DNA of 64,000 nt from Epithemia pelagica (lineage: Eukaryota; Protista; Bacillariophyta): positions 4,216,001-4,280,000 of the forward strand of contig OX337229.1 of the NCBI GenBank assembly GCA_946965045.2, in the 5' to 3' direction. Both the position numbers and the translations under genes were made by a program. Within the stretch, counting starts at the first letter, position 1. Each line of letters opens with the position of its first letter. Of this stretch, positions 10,765-19,494 are shown in pieces. The notes below the pieces were generated by a model. The model made no database searches. It was not told the origin of the DNA and worked only from the letters and a program-made list of their open reading frames with translations.

Positions 10765-13700
10765 TGACGGCGGAACCCCAAGTTCGAGTCAAGGTAACCA
10801 AGGACGAGGACGAAGGGGACGAGGGCGCGGTCGAGGTGGACGAGGAGGACGTGGTGGTCGCGGTGGTTACGCTACCGACCCCAGTACGTTCAAAGGAAAC
10901 ACTGACAACATGAACGGTCATGTTTTTCAAGTTTTTTATGAGTGTAATGACAAGCGACAGTTTACACGAACAATTGAGGCACTAGAAGAATACTTCGCAA
11001 AGAATTTGAAGCATGCAGGAGATATGACTACTCTAACAAGAGAGCTGAAGAACCCGACAATTGAAGAACCACCGGATTTGCCCGAAGAAGAAACCAGTCG
11101 CCTCAAGGTAGCGATTTTCGAGAAGAAGGTTGCCGCATACGTGACGCGTTGCGACATCCTTGAGAGTAACCTGCAAGCGGCATATGCGGTCATATGGGGT
11201 CAGTGTAGTGAAGCCATGAAGGCCAAGCTCCAAGGCCTCGAAAAGTATAACACTGCTCGCGATACGTGCGACTGTGGTTGGTTGATGACTCAAATCAAGG
11301 CAATTCGACACAAGTTTGAAGAAAAACGCTACGGGTACTCATCACTCAACGACGCATACACGAACTTTTACATGCATCGACAGCAAGCAGAAGAAAGTCT
11401 CGCCGATTACCTCCACCAATTCAAAGAAAACATCGACGTCTTGGAACATTATGGTGGGTCGGTCGGAATTGATAAAGGCTCCCAAGAATTAGTGGAGAAG
11501 TACTTGGACCCCGACGAGTCCACTTCCTCCGATGAGAAGAAACGGATCAGTCGTGAGCGCGCCCTTGCCATCCAATTTTTAAAGGGTGCTGATCGAAAGA
11601 GATTTGGTAACTTGTTGATTGAATTGGAAAATCAGTTCACCCGGGGAACCGACCAATACCCTCCAGACCTAACATCCGCCTACGGGATGCTGGTCAGTTA
11701 CCGTGGTCCGAAGCAGGCTCCCACCGCTTCCCAATCCTCTGGGACACCAGCTTTGATCCCTGCCGGTGGTGGTGGTGGCTTACAATTTGCTCAAACCACA
11801 TCCCCTGTCCCTGGTCTCGACGGCATCCTCCATGAGAACATTACGTGTTTTCATTGTCAGGGGCCTGGTCATTACGCCAGTCAGTGCCCTCTGCGCAGCG
11901 ATGATAATGGTACTACCAGTGGGACCCGTGGTAATTCGGGCGTCACCATGCTCCAACAACATGACTCCTCCCCCTCTTCGTACAATTTCACCTTCGCCCT
12001 TGTTGATTGTTGTTTTTCACAACCACCACGATGTTCCATCCCCGACACCTGGGTTTTACTTGATAGTCAGTCGACTATTTCGGTCTTTCGGAATGCCTCC
12101 CTTCTTTCCAACATTCGGCCCTCGACCCATCCGTTGACCGTCTACACCAATGGTGGTCACCAGGTGTCCCGACTCCTCGGCGACATTCCCAACTTTGGCG
12201 AGGTCTGGTACAACCCCCAGTCCTTGGCCAACATCCTCTCCCTCGCCGCCGTTCGGCAAAGATGCCGCATCACTATGGACACTGCCGGTGATCCTTCCAT
12301 CTCAGTCCATCGTCGTGATGGCTCGGTAATGATTTTTCGTGAAAGTGCGATGGGACTTTACTATTTTGATGTTGCAGACCCGTCTAACTTTATTAACTCT
12401 ACCTCTACTCCCTATCTGTTCCTTAACTCGGTCCCTCGTAATGCGACTGGTTTTTCGCCCCGGGAGGTCGAAGGAGCGGATCGTGCCCGTACTCTGTACA
12501 GACAACTCGGTCGCCCCTCCCAACGCGATTTCCTCGACGCCCTCACCAACAACGTCATCCGAAACTGTCCCGTCACCCCCGAAGATGCACGACGCGCCCT
12601 CCAAATTTACGGACCGGACCCCGCCACCCTCAAAGGAAAGACAGTGAAACGACCAACGGCCGCCGTGCCTCAACAGACGATAACGGACATTCGCGACCAC
12701 ATCAAACAAGAACACAAGCGCGTGACAATCTGCGCGGACAATTTTTACGTCCAAGGGCTCATTTTTTGCCACACTTTTTCGAGACACATCAATTTCCGCA
12801 CCGTTGCGGCCATAGCAAACAGGCGAAAGACAACGTTGGAGCAAGAACTAAGGGATGTATTTCACCTTTACAAGTCCCGCGGCTTCGAAGTGGTAGACCT
12901 CCACGCGGACAACGAGTTTGCGCCCCTCCAAAACAGCATTCGACCAGTCATAGCCAACATCGTCGCCGCCGATGACCATGTGGGCCAAGTCGAACGATCC
13001 ATTCGCACGATTAAGGAGCGAGTGCGATCAACGGTCCATGGCCTCCCTTTCCGACGGTATCCAGTCCTCATGGTACGCGAGCTCGTATCCCATGCGGTCC
13101 GGACCTTGAACCAGCTCCCCAACCGAAAAGGAATCTCACCCACCATGAGTCCACGAAAAATCATCACTGGACTACCGGATCCTGACTACAATAGCATGAG
13201 GATAGAATTTGGGCAATATGCCCAGGTTTTTGAGGAGCGACGCAGAACAAGCACAACAGAACCGCGTACCATCGGCGCCATCGCCCTCAACCCCACTGGA
13301 AACGCACAAGGGAGCTACTACTTCATGTCCCTCGCGACCGGAGCGCGAATCTCCCGACACCAGTGGACGGAAGTACCAATCACCCAAGACGTCATCAACC
13401 GGGTGGAAGAGTTGGCAGCCGAACAAGAACAACCCATCATTAACGGCGAGCTCGTTTTTGAATGGGCACCCAATGTCCCGATCGAAGACCCTGAAAACAT
13501 TGACGATGCAGCGGACGATGACGATGAAGAAAACGACGGAAATAATGATCTCCACAACGATGAAGATGAAGGAGCGATTTCCGATGAGGACAATGAAGAC
13601 GACCCCGATGTGGACGAAGGAGCGAACGAAAATAGCTCCGACAGCGACGAACCATCGGAGCCTCCCATGGTATCAACCACGGACGAGGACAGCACAACAG

Positions 13701-14248
13701 AAGATGAATCTGATGTTGGTGCCGTCGATGAAACGGCCGAAGATGAAGGAGCGTACGACCACGACGACGATGTCGACGAGGAAGAAGTGGAAGATGAAGG
13801 AGCGCAAATTGAGGAGCGCGAGGAGTTCCCAGACGTATCTGAAGAATACGAGGATGACCATGACATGGACGAACCAACCGACAACGCCGAGACCAGACAC
13901 GAATATAACCTTCGAGGCAACCGGGAGCGATCGTACGCCCATCGGCTCGATCATCAGATGGACATGACGGATGGTGCAACCTCCTATTTACACGCGCAAT
14001 TCCTGCAACAGGCCATCAAACACGCCACAACCAACGTGAATGATCGGACACCCATCCACTCTTTGATGGCAAACTTCATTTTTACTCAGATGTCCGCGAA
14101 GGCAGGCATTAAGAAACATGGACAACGTGCTATCGATGCACTCTTGAAAGAGTTCACTCAGTTGGACAACCAAGATACTTTCGACCCACAGGATGCATCC
14201 AAATTAACCCCCCAACAAAAAAGGCTGCCCTACGATCAGTCAACGTAA
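10691..14248 (+). CDS. gag-pol: Copia-1 Gag-protease-integrase polyprotein (frame breaks at start of RT)
   Basis: RGG-rich N-terminus; zinc knuckle CFHCQGPGHYASQC; protease WVLLDSQST; integrase ICADNF/LHADNEF/QVERSIRTIKER; long acidic linker; RT N-terminus TQMSAKAGIKKHG. Confidence 0.92.
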   Translation: MSNTQGSNPSSPGGAPTTPGTTPPNDGGTPSSSQGNQGRGRRGRGRGRGGRGGRGGRGGYATDPSTFKGNTDNMNGHVFQVFYECNDKRQFTRTIEALEEYFAKNLKHAGDMTTLTRELKNPTIEEPPDLPEEETSRLKVAIFEKKVAAYVTRCDILESNLQAAYAVIWGQCSEAMKAKLQGLEKYNTARDTCDCGWLMTQIKAIRHKFEEKRYGYSSLNDAYTNFYMHRQQAEESLADYLHQFKENIDVLEHYGGSVGIDKGSQELVEKYLDPDESTSSDEKKRISRERALAIQFLKGADRKRFGNLLIELENQFTRGTDQYPPDLTSAYGMLVSYRGPKQAPTASQSSGTPALIPAGGGGGLQFAQTTSPVPGLDGILHENITCFHCQGPGHYASQCPLRSDDNGTTSGTRGNSGVTMLQQHDSSPSSYNFTFALVDCCFSQPPRCSIPDTWVLLDSQSTISVFRNASLLSNIRPSTHPLTVYTNGGHQVSRLLGDIPNFGEVWYNPQSLANILSLAAVRQRCRITMDTAGDPSISVHRRDGSVMIFRESAMGLYYFDVADPSNFINSTSTPYLFLNSVPRNATGFSPREVEGADRARTLYRQLGRPSQRDFLDALTNNVIRNCPVTPEDARRALQIYGPDPATLKGKTVKRPTAAVPQQTITDIRDHIKQEHKRVTICADNFYVQGLIFCHTFSRHINFRTVAAIANRRKTTLEQELRDVFHLYKSRGFEVVDLHADNEFAPLQNSIRPVIANIVAADDHVGQVERSIRTIKERVRSTVHGLPFRRYPVLMVRELVSHAVRTLNQLPNRKGISPTMSPRKIITGLPDPDYNSMRIEFGQYAQVFEERRRTSTTEPRTIGAIALNPTGNAQGSYYFMSLATGARISRHQWTEVPITQDVINRVEELAAEQEQPIINGELVFEWAPNVPIEDPENIDDAADDDDEENDGNNDLHNDEDEGAISDEDNEDDPDVDEGANENSSDSDEPSEPPMVSTTDEDSTTEDESDVGAVDETAEDEGAYDHDDDVDEEEVEDEGAQIEEREEFPDVSEEYEDDHDMDEPTDNAETRHEYNLRGNRERSYAHRLDHQMDMTDGATSYLHAQFLQQAIKHATTNVNDRTPIHSLMANFIFTQMSAKAGIKKHGQRAIDALLKEFTQLDNQDTFDPQDASKLTPQQKRLPYDQST

Positions 14249-14271
14249 TCAAGGAGAAACGTTGTGGAAAG

Positions 14272-15960
14272 TTGAAGGGACGTTCATGTGCGGACGGTCG
14301 ACCACAACGGACCCTGTACGACAAAAGTGAAACCGCATCACCAGCGCTTTCGGTGGATGCCCTCATCATGTCCCTCGTCATCGACGCACAAGAACGACGA
14401 AAGGTTATCACGGCCGACATTGCCGGTGCCTATCTCAACGCCTATATGAAAGACTTCGTTCTAATGCGACTGACAGGAGAGGTCGTTGACATTTTTTGCA
14501 AACTGGACAAGAAATACGAGAAGTACGTCGTCATAGAGGATGGCGTGAAAGTACTATATGTACGCCTCAACAAGGCGCTATACGGATGTGTACAATCCGC
14601 ATTGCTTTGGTATGAATTGTTTGCGTCGACTCTGAAAGAAATGGGTTTTGAGCTAAACCCTTATGATCCGTGTGTCGCGAACAAGATCATTAACGGCAAA
14701 CAGTGCACTATCACTTGGTATGTGGACGATCTCAAGGCGTCCCACGTGGAAGAAGAAGTCGTCGAACAAATTATCGACACGATCGAGGCAAAATTCGGGA
14801 AGATGACAGTATGCAGAGGAAACAAACACACGTATCTAGGAATGAACATCACAATCAACGAAAACGGCACGGTCAGCATCCTAATGCCGCAATACATAAA
14901 GGAAGCAATCGAAATGTTCGGTGAAGACGTGTCCCAAGGAGCATCCTCACCTGCAAAGAAGGGCCTTTTCAACATCAAAAGTGCGCCCGATTTGGATCCG
15001 AAACGGAAGGAGAAATTCCACAGCATCGTCGCCAAACTGCTCTATTTGTCACAAAGGTCAAGAATTGACATTCAAACGGCAATCGCTTTCCTCTGTACAC
15101 GCGTTTCAAAGGCCACCACTGAGGATTGGGACAAACTCAGACGAGTGCTTCAGTACTTACATGCTACCGAAGAGATGGAGTACATCGTGGGAGCGGATGA
15201 CGTCCCAAACCTTCTCAACTGGGTGGACGCATCATTTGCGGTGCACGAAGACATGAAAAGCCACACAGGAGGCGCGATGTCACTGGGACGAGGTGCCATC
15301 ATGGCAAAATCAAGGAAGCAAAAACTTAACACGAAAAGTTCTACGGAAGCGGAGGTTGTTGGGGCCAGTGATTACCTCCCGAATACCCTATGGGCTAAAC
15401 GGTTTCTCGAGGCCCAAGGGTACGATATTAAGAGCACACGCTTTGCACAAGACAACCAAAGCGCTATACGACTCGAGAAAAATGGAAGGGCATCGGCAGG
15501 AAAACAATCAAGGCATGTGGACATCCGATATTTCTTCATTAAGGATCAAGTCCAACAAGAAAAGATCGACATCCACTACTGCCCCACCGAGGAGATGCTA
15601 GCGGATTTCTACACAAAACCACCACAAGGAGCACTTTTCAACAAATTCCGAGACGTACTGTTGGGACACAAACCCATCAGCACTCTACAAACACGCGACG
15701 TCCCCACGTCTTGTGAGGAGCGTGTTGGAAATAATGAGCAAGAAAGAAAACACTGCGACGCGGGAACGCCTGACGAAACAAGACCAAAGACAATGCGAGC
15801 AAGACCAAAGACAATGAAGAATATTATGGAGAATAAAGCGAGCAGGACGAGCCCCGCACGCGTGACATACGCTGACGTAGTCAGAAGAGGAAAGGCGAAC
15901 AAATCGCCAACAAATGAGTCTAGAGCTCATTCTTTGGAAACAATCAAGCCAGTAAATTAG
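14272..15960 (+). CDS. pol: Copia-1 reverse transcriptase-RNase H (continuation of pol in the -1 frame)
   Basis: KGRSCADG, ADIAGAYLNA, KALYGCVQSALLWY, WYVDDL; RNase H VDASF/TEAE/QDNQSA/LADFYTKP. The frame reads on through most of the 3' LTR. Confidence 0.93.
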   Translation: MKGRSCADGRPQRTLYDKSETASPALSVDALIMSLVIDAQERRKVITADIAGAYLNAYMKDFVLMRLTGEVVDIFCKLDKKYEKYVVIEDGVKVLYVRLNKALYGCVQSALLWYELFASTLKEMGFELNPYDPCVANKIINGKQCTITWYVDDLKASHVEEEVVEQIIDTIEAKFGKMTVCRGNKHTYLGMNITINENGTVSILMPQYIKEAIEMFGEDVSQGASSPAKKGLFNIKSAPDLDPKRKEKFHSIVAKLLYLSQRSRIDIQTAIAFLCTRVSKATTEDWDKLRRVLQYLHATEEMEYIVGADDVPNLLNWVDASFAVHEDMKSHTGGAMSLGRGAIMAKSRKQKLNTKSSTEAEVVGASDYLPNTLWAKRFLEAQGYDIKSTRFAQDNQSAIRLEKNGRASAGKQSRHVDIRYFFIKDQVQQEKIDIHYCPTEEMLADFYTKPPQGALFNKFRDVLLGHKPISTLQTRDVPTSCEERVGNNEQERKHCDAGTPDETRPKTMRARPKTMKNIMENKASRTSPARVTYADVVRRGKANKSPTNESRAHSLETIKPVN

Positions 15961-16021
15961 GATCATTTTCGACTTTACAGTATAGTGGGCAAAGCTGACG
16001 GCTACGACACTCTACTCAACA
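15723..16021 (+). repeat. Copia-1 3' LTR
   Basis: Direct repeat of 9732..10030, followed by the TSD TCGTG. Confidence 0.95.
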
Positions 16022-16445
16022 TCGTGTTGTTATCGCGGTGGAAGGAATGAGATATGCCGGCCGACTGGAACCAGGAAAAAGGTATGGGGGTGGTTCACAG
16101 AAACTACAACCTCAAAACCACCCCCGCTAGGGGGTAGAGGGATGAGGGCTGACGGATTTGACACCTTGGTGTCAAGACCATGGGGGAGATCCAACGGAAC
16201 TGCGTAGGCATCCATTCTGATCTCCCCGCTCGGGATTGTGGATCACCCAACGCGAACATCTGCTTTGCTTTCAAGTCCATCTGTCACGCGATAGATATAG
16301 CCATCGTCTTGTTGTGTAAGCGTTGACTTCGCTCACTCAACTCCACCGCTGAGCCATTCGATTTACGTGTTGTCAAAAACACCAAGCTCCATCATATTGA
16401 AAACATTCGCGGACGTGTACGAACCTATATCTACCGAATCCAACC

Positions 16446-16994
16446 ATGTCCTCGTTATCATCATTCCTCTTGGTGATCCTGGCTGCTTCCCCGGCAACGA
16501 TACAGGCATGGGGGCGACCACTTTTCTTTGAACCCATGCGTAGCAGCAAGGGTGGGGGCTTTGGAAGGGCCACCACTTTTATTCAAGCCTCCCAACGGCA
16601 TTCCCACACTCATGAACAACATCAGGACGATGAGGAATTGGAGCACGTTACGGTTGCGGACAGCAGTAACCGAGCAGTCGTGAAACAGAAAAAGAGCACT
16701 ACCCTCTTCAACGACTTTTTGGATAGTCCAGGTGGAGGCGGATTGATTGGAGAATTATTTTACCCTGAACCGCTTCTTTGGCAACCCATTACGAACGAGG
16801 ATGATGAGGAGGACGAAGATTATTCTTTGGAGAACGATGAAGATTTCTACGTGGATGACATGGTAGATTGTTATATTTCCGAGGAATTCAAGGTGGATGA
16901 GAAAGTGGCGGCCGAAGCCTTTGAATATCTTGGAATCAAACGAGTGGAGCCAATTCCACTACCGTCCTATGAAACGGTTGGGGAATTCGAGTAA
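16446..16994 (+). CDS. Hypothetical 182-aa acidic protein with signal peptide, possibly plastid-targeted
   Basis: Hydrophobic N-terminus MSSLSSFLLVILAASPATIQA-W followed by a basic/Ser-Thr stretch, then an acidic C-terminal part. Clean ATG-to-TAA ORF. Confidence 0.6.
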   Translation: MSSLSSFLLVILAASPATIQAWGRPLFFEPMRSSKGGGFGRATTFIQASQRHSHTHEQHQDDEELEHVTVADSSNRAVVKQKKSTTLFNDFLDSPGGGGLIGELFYPEPLLWQPITNEDDEEDEDYSLENDEDFYVDDMVDCYISEEFKVDEKVAAEAFEYLGIKRVEPIPLPSYETVGEFE

Positions 16995-17774
16995 AGCCGC
17001 ACGAAAGAAGGTGACGCTGAAGATGAAACCAAAGTGTCTCGCACGATGTGATGCGCAGTAAATTACATAATGGATTGCCGAGATCCTCGTACCGCTCCAT
17101 GAACCCCGTTTTATTTCCAAAACTCTTGGTTGATGAATGAGCCAGCAATCGCTGATACCATGTGCTTTTCCCCCTTGCATGGCAATGCTTTCATTATGGT
17201 GAAGAGACCACGAGACGTGCAACGAATGTTCGGCAGCAAGCCCTCTTGACAGTATCATAACTTCTTACAAATATGAAGAAACATGGGTCAAACTCGATAT
17301 CGCTGATGAATCATACCCAAGAGTACGTTCCTCTCAAGGATTGTCCCATGTATTAATACACTTTATAAACTTACATTAGACCTTAGCTTCATTGCTGTCT
17401 CACCTCGGTAGATTCACAATCGTAGCGCAGATTTTTTAGTCTTTTGACAAGAACTATATATCACGCCGCGACAGGGGTGAAACATGTGACTTTGTTTTCG
17501 ATTTGGATCGATCACCACGTTCTGTGGTTTTCCGATTGTCGAAAGATAGTTCATCCTCAATCACCAAATAATTGAAGTGATCCGAATCCAATCAAAAGTG
17601 AACGATACGTCCATGTGGAAATGCAATCTATTTGTGCAGTAAGCAACGAATGGTCAAACTGAAAGGAAGGCCTCAACTCTCAAATTGATGTCAACATGCA
17701 AACGATTCAAAAGTGTTACAGATCAAGTATACTTTGGAACCGAACCCGATATCGCTTCTTTCGTGATGACATTT

Positions 17775-19196
17775 CTACATGTCACGATCCGGTTCTGCGG
17801 CATTCTGACTGTTGGTAGTGGTAGGAGGTGACAGCTTGGTTGTGCCTGTCGTGGTGGTGCTGTTGCTGGACGCTGTCGTAGAATTTGCAACAGAAGTCTC
17901 AGAAGATGTTTCTTTCAGTCCCCAATCTTGCGCAACGTTAAAGAGCAAAGTGGGATTGCGAAGAGGACCTCCAAGAAAGGTCATAATTTCGTGACATTGG
18001 GCCCATTCTTCGATTTGTACGACGCTTCCACCATAACATCTTCGGACCAGCCATTCAATCGCATCAAAGGGTGCAACCTTGTCGGCCAAACAGGCATGAA
18101 TCTTGATGGGAATGATAGGAGAGGACGACGGTTCTTGTGTATTTTGGTTGTCGCCATTTTCCACAACAAGTCCGCAGCCACTTTGTTGCGCAAAGACATC
18201 ACAGACACGAGATTGCCAGACAGGGCTCGTACCTAACCGTGCATCGATTGGCATAGCAAGTCGAGTCCAACCAGCCTCTTCCATTTCCATGGCGACTCGA
18301 CACATTTCTTGATAATCGTCAGGGTCCTTCCAATCTCCCTTTTCCTTTTCGGAATCGGAAAACAGCGACTCCAAGGTGGACGGTTTCAGAAAGAGGGGCA
18401 TGAGAGTGGATTTGAGACTGGCGGCTAAACCGGTGGAAGCCCGCAACATCCAACTCCCTACGGCATGTCCCAATCGGGCAATTCTCCACGAATCCGGACA
18501 CAGTGTACTCGCAAACGGAGCAACCATGGTTAGACCGCATAATTCTATATCACCACCATTTCCACCAACAGTTCCGTCCTCCTGTTTGGACGGCAATAGG
18601 CGAAGCGCTACCTGGACCGCAAAAGGATGTCCCAAGCAAATGGGCAACAAGTACACCTTGGTTTTGCGGCTCCCCTTGTTCTCGTTGCTATGATGATGTT
18701 GCAACACATCTAGCACATCTTGTGCATGGCATTGGATACGTTGCAAGTATCGTTCTCCGGGGGAAAGATGTCGTCTTCGGGGTACGTCTCCGCCAGTGAC
18801 ATTTTCATCGCTGTCGTTGGTATGGAACGGAACATCTGACGTGACACCAGCCAATGGGCGATCCACCACCAACACATTGGCCTGCAACGAGTCTAAGGCA
18901 CCGGCGCGATACAAGGATTGTACGATCATACTGCAACCGCTCATGGCAGGAAACATAACGATAGTCTTGTCTCGGTGAATGGGATCCGACGGCAAGGACA
19001 GGGCATAACCAATCCGTCTCTTGACCTCCTCATTTTTGTTGTCTGGACTTGTGTTTGTGGTTTCCAGAGTGTGAAAAATAGAAGGATCGCTGTCCATGAT
19101 GGACTCAACCTTATTGGACGGCATGGTACTATCGGATTGACAGGAGAGGCAAGAATCGGATGAATTCGCTGCTATTTTGGAGAAAAGAGATGTCAT
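17775..19196 (-). CDS. Alpha/beta-hydrolase-fold protein
   Basis: Strand/loop pattern TIVMFPAMSG, LVVDRPLAGVT, HAQDVLDVL, VYLLPICLG (nucleophile-elbow position), LTMVAPF, IHACLADKVAP, CHE. Confidence 0.75.
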   Translation of the reverse strand: MTSLFSKIAANSSDSCLSCQSDSTMPSNKVESIMDSDPSIFHTLETTNTSPDNKNEEVKRRIGYALSLPSDPIHRDKTIVMFPAMSGCSMIVQSLYRAGALDSLQANVLVVDRPLAGVTSDVPFHTNDSDENVTGGDVPRRRHLSPGERYLQRIQCHAQDVLDVLQHHHSNENKGSRKTKVYLLPICLGHPFAVQVALRLLPSKQEDGTVGGNGGDIELCGLTMVAPFASTLCPDSWRIARLGHAVGSWMLRASTGLAASLKSTLMPLFLKPSTLESLFSDSEKEKGDWKDPDDYQEMCRVAMEMEEAGWTRLAMPIDARLGTSPVWQSRVCDVFAQQSGCGLVVENGDNQNTQEPSSSPIIPIKIHACLADKVAPFDAIEWLVRRCYGGSVVQIEEWAQCHEIMTFLGGPLRNPTLLFNVAQDWGLKETSSETSVANSTTASSNSTTTTGTTKLSPPTTTNSQNAAEPDRDM

Positions 19197-19494
19197 GACA
19201 AGGATGTACCGTTACAAAAAAGATTTTTCCATGATCAAATTGCAAAAGGGCGGGTTAGCTACTTTCGTAGCTACGGCTAGCTGCTAGGAGTAGCTATGAG
19301 CAGGTACTCCTCTAGGTCCTCGTGACAACCGATGTAGAGCATCCGGCGAAAGACTCATCTCCTACCTACCTAATTGCAATCTTGACAGAATCTCGTCAAC
19401 GCTTTATAGAGACATTTCCTCTAGAGCAGAGTTGAGGAGTACACATGGGCCTGGAACAAACAATAATTTAGATAATATTTCAGGATTATATCGT

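Larger units (their letters stand above)
9732..16021 (+). mobile_element. Ty1/Copia LTR retrotransposon (Copia-1), full length, recent
   Basis: 299-bp LTRs at 9732..10030 and 15723..16021 with TG...CA ends and one visible mismatch. 5-bp TSD TCGTG (9727-9731, 16022-16026). Domain order Gag-PR-IN-RT-RNaseH. Purine-rich GAGGAG just before the 3' LTR. Confidence 0.97.
9098..16136. mobile_element. Non-autonomous long-TIR element (~745 bp excluding insert), interrupted by Copia-1
   Basis: Imperfect ~115-125-bp inverted repeats at 9098..9223 and 16023..16136 (TACCCCC(C)TAGCGGGGGTGG...). GAGGGAT is duplicated at 9091-9097 and 16137-16143. Confidence 0.8.

Noticed and set aside
13172-13979. Several overlapping ORFs of 127-252 aa
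   Set aside because: Alternative-frame shadows of the acidic IN-RT linker of Copia-1.
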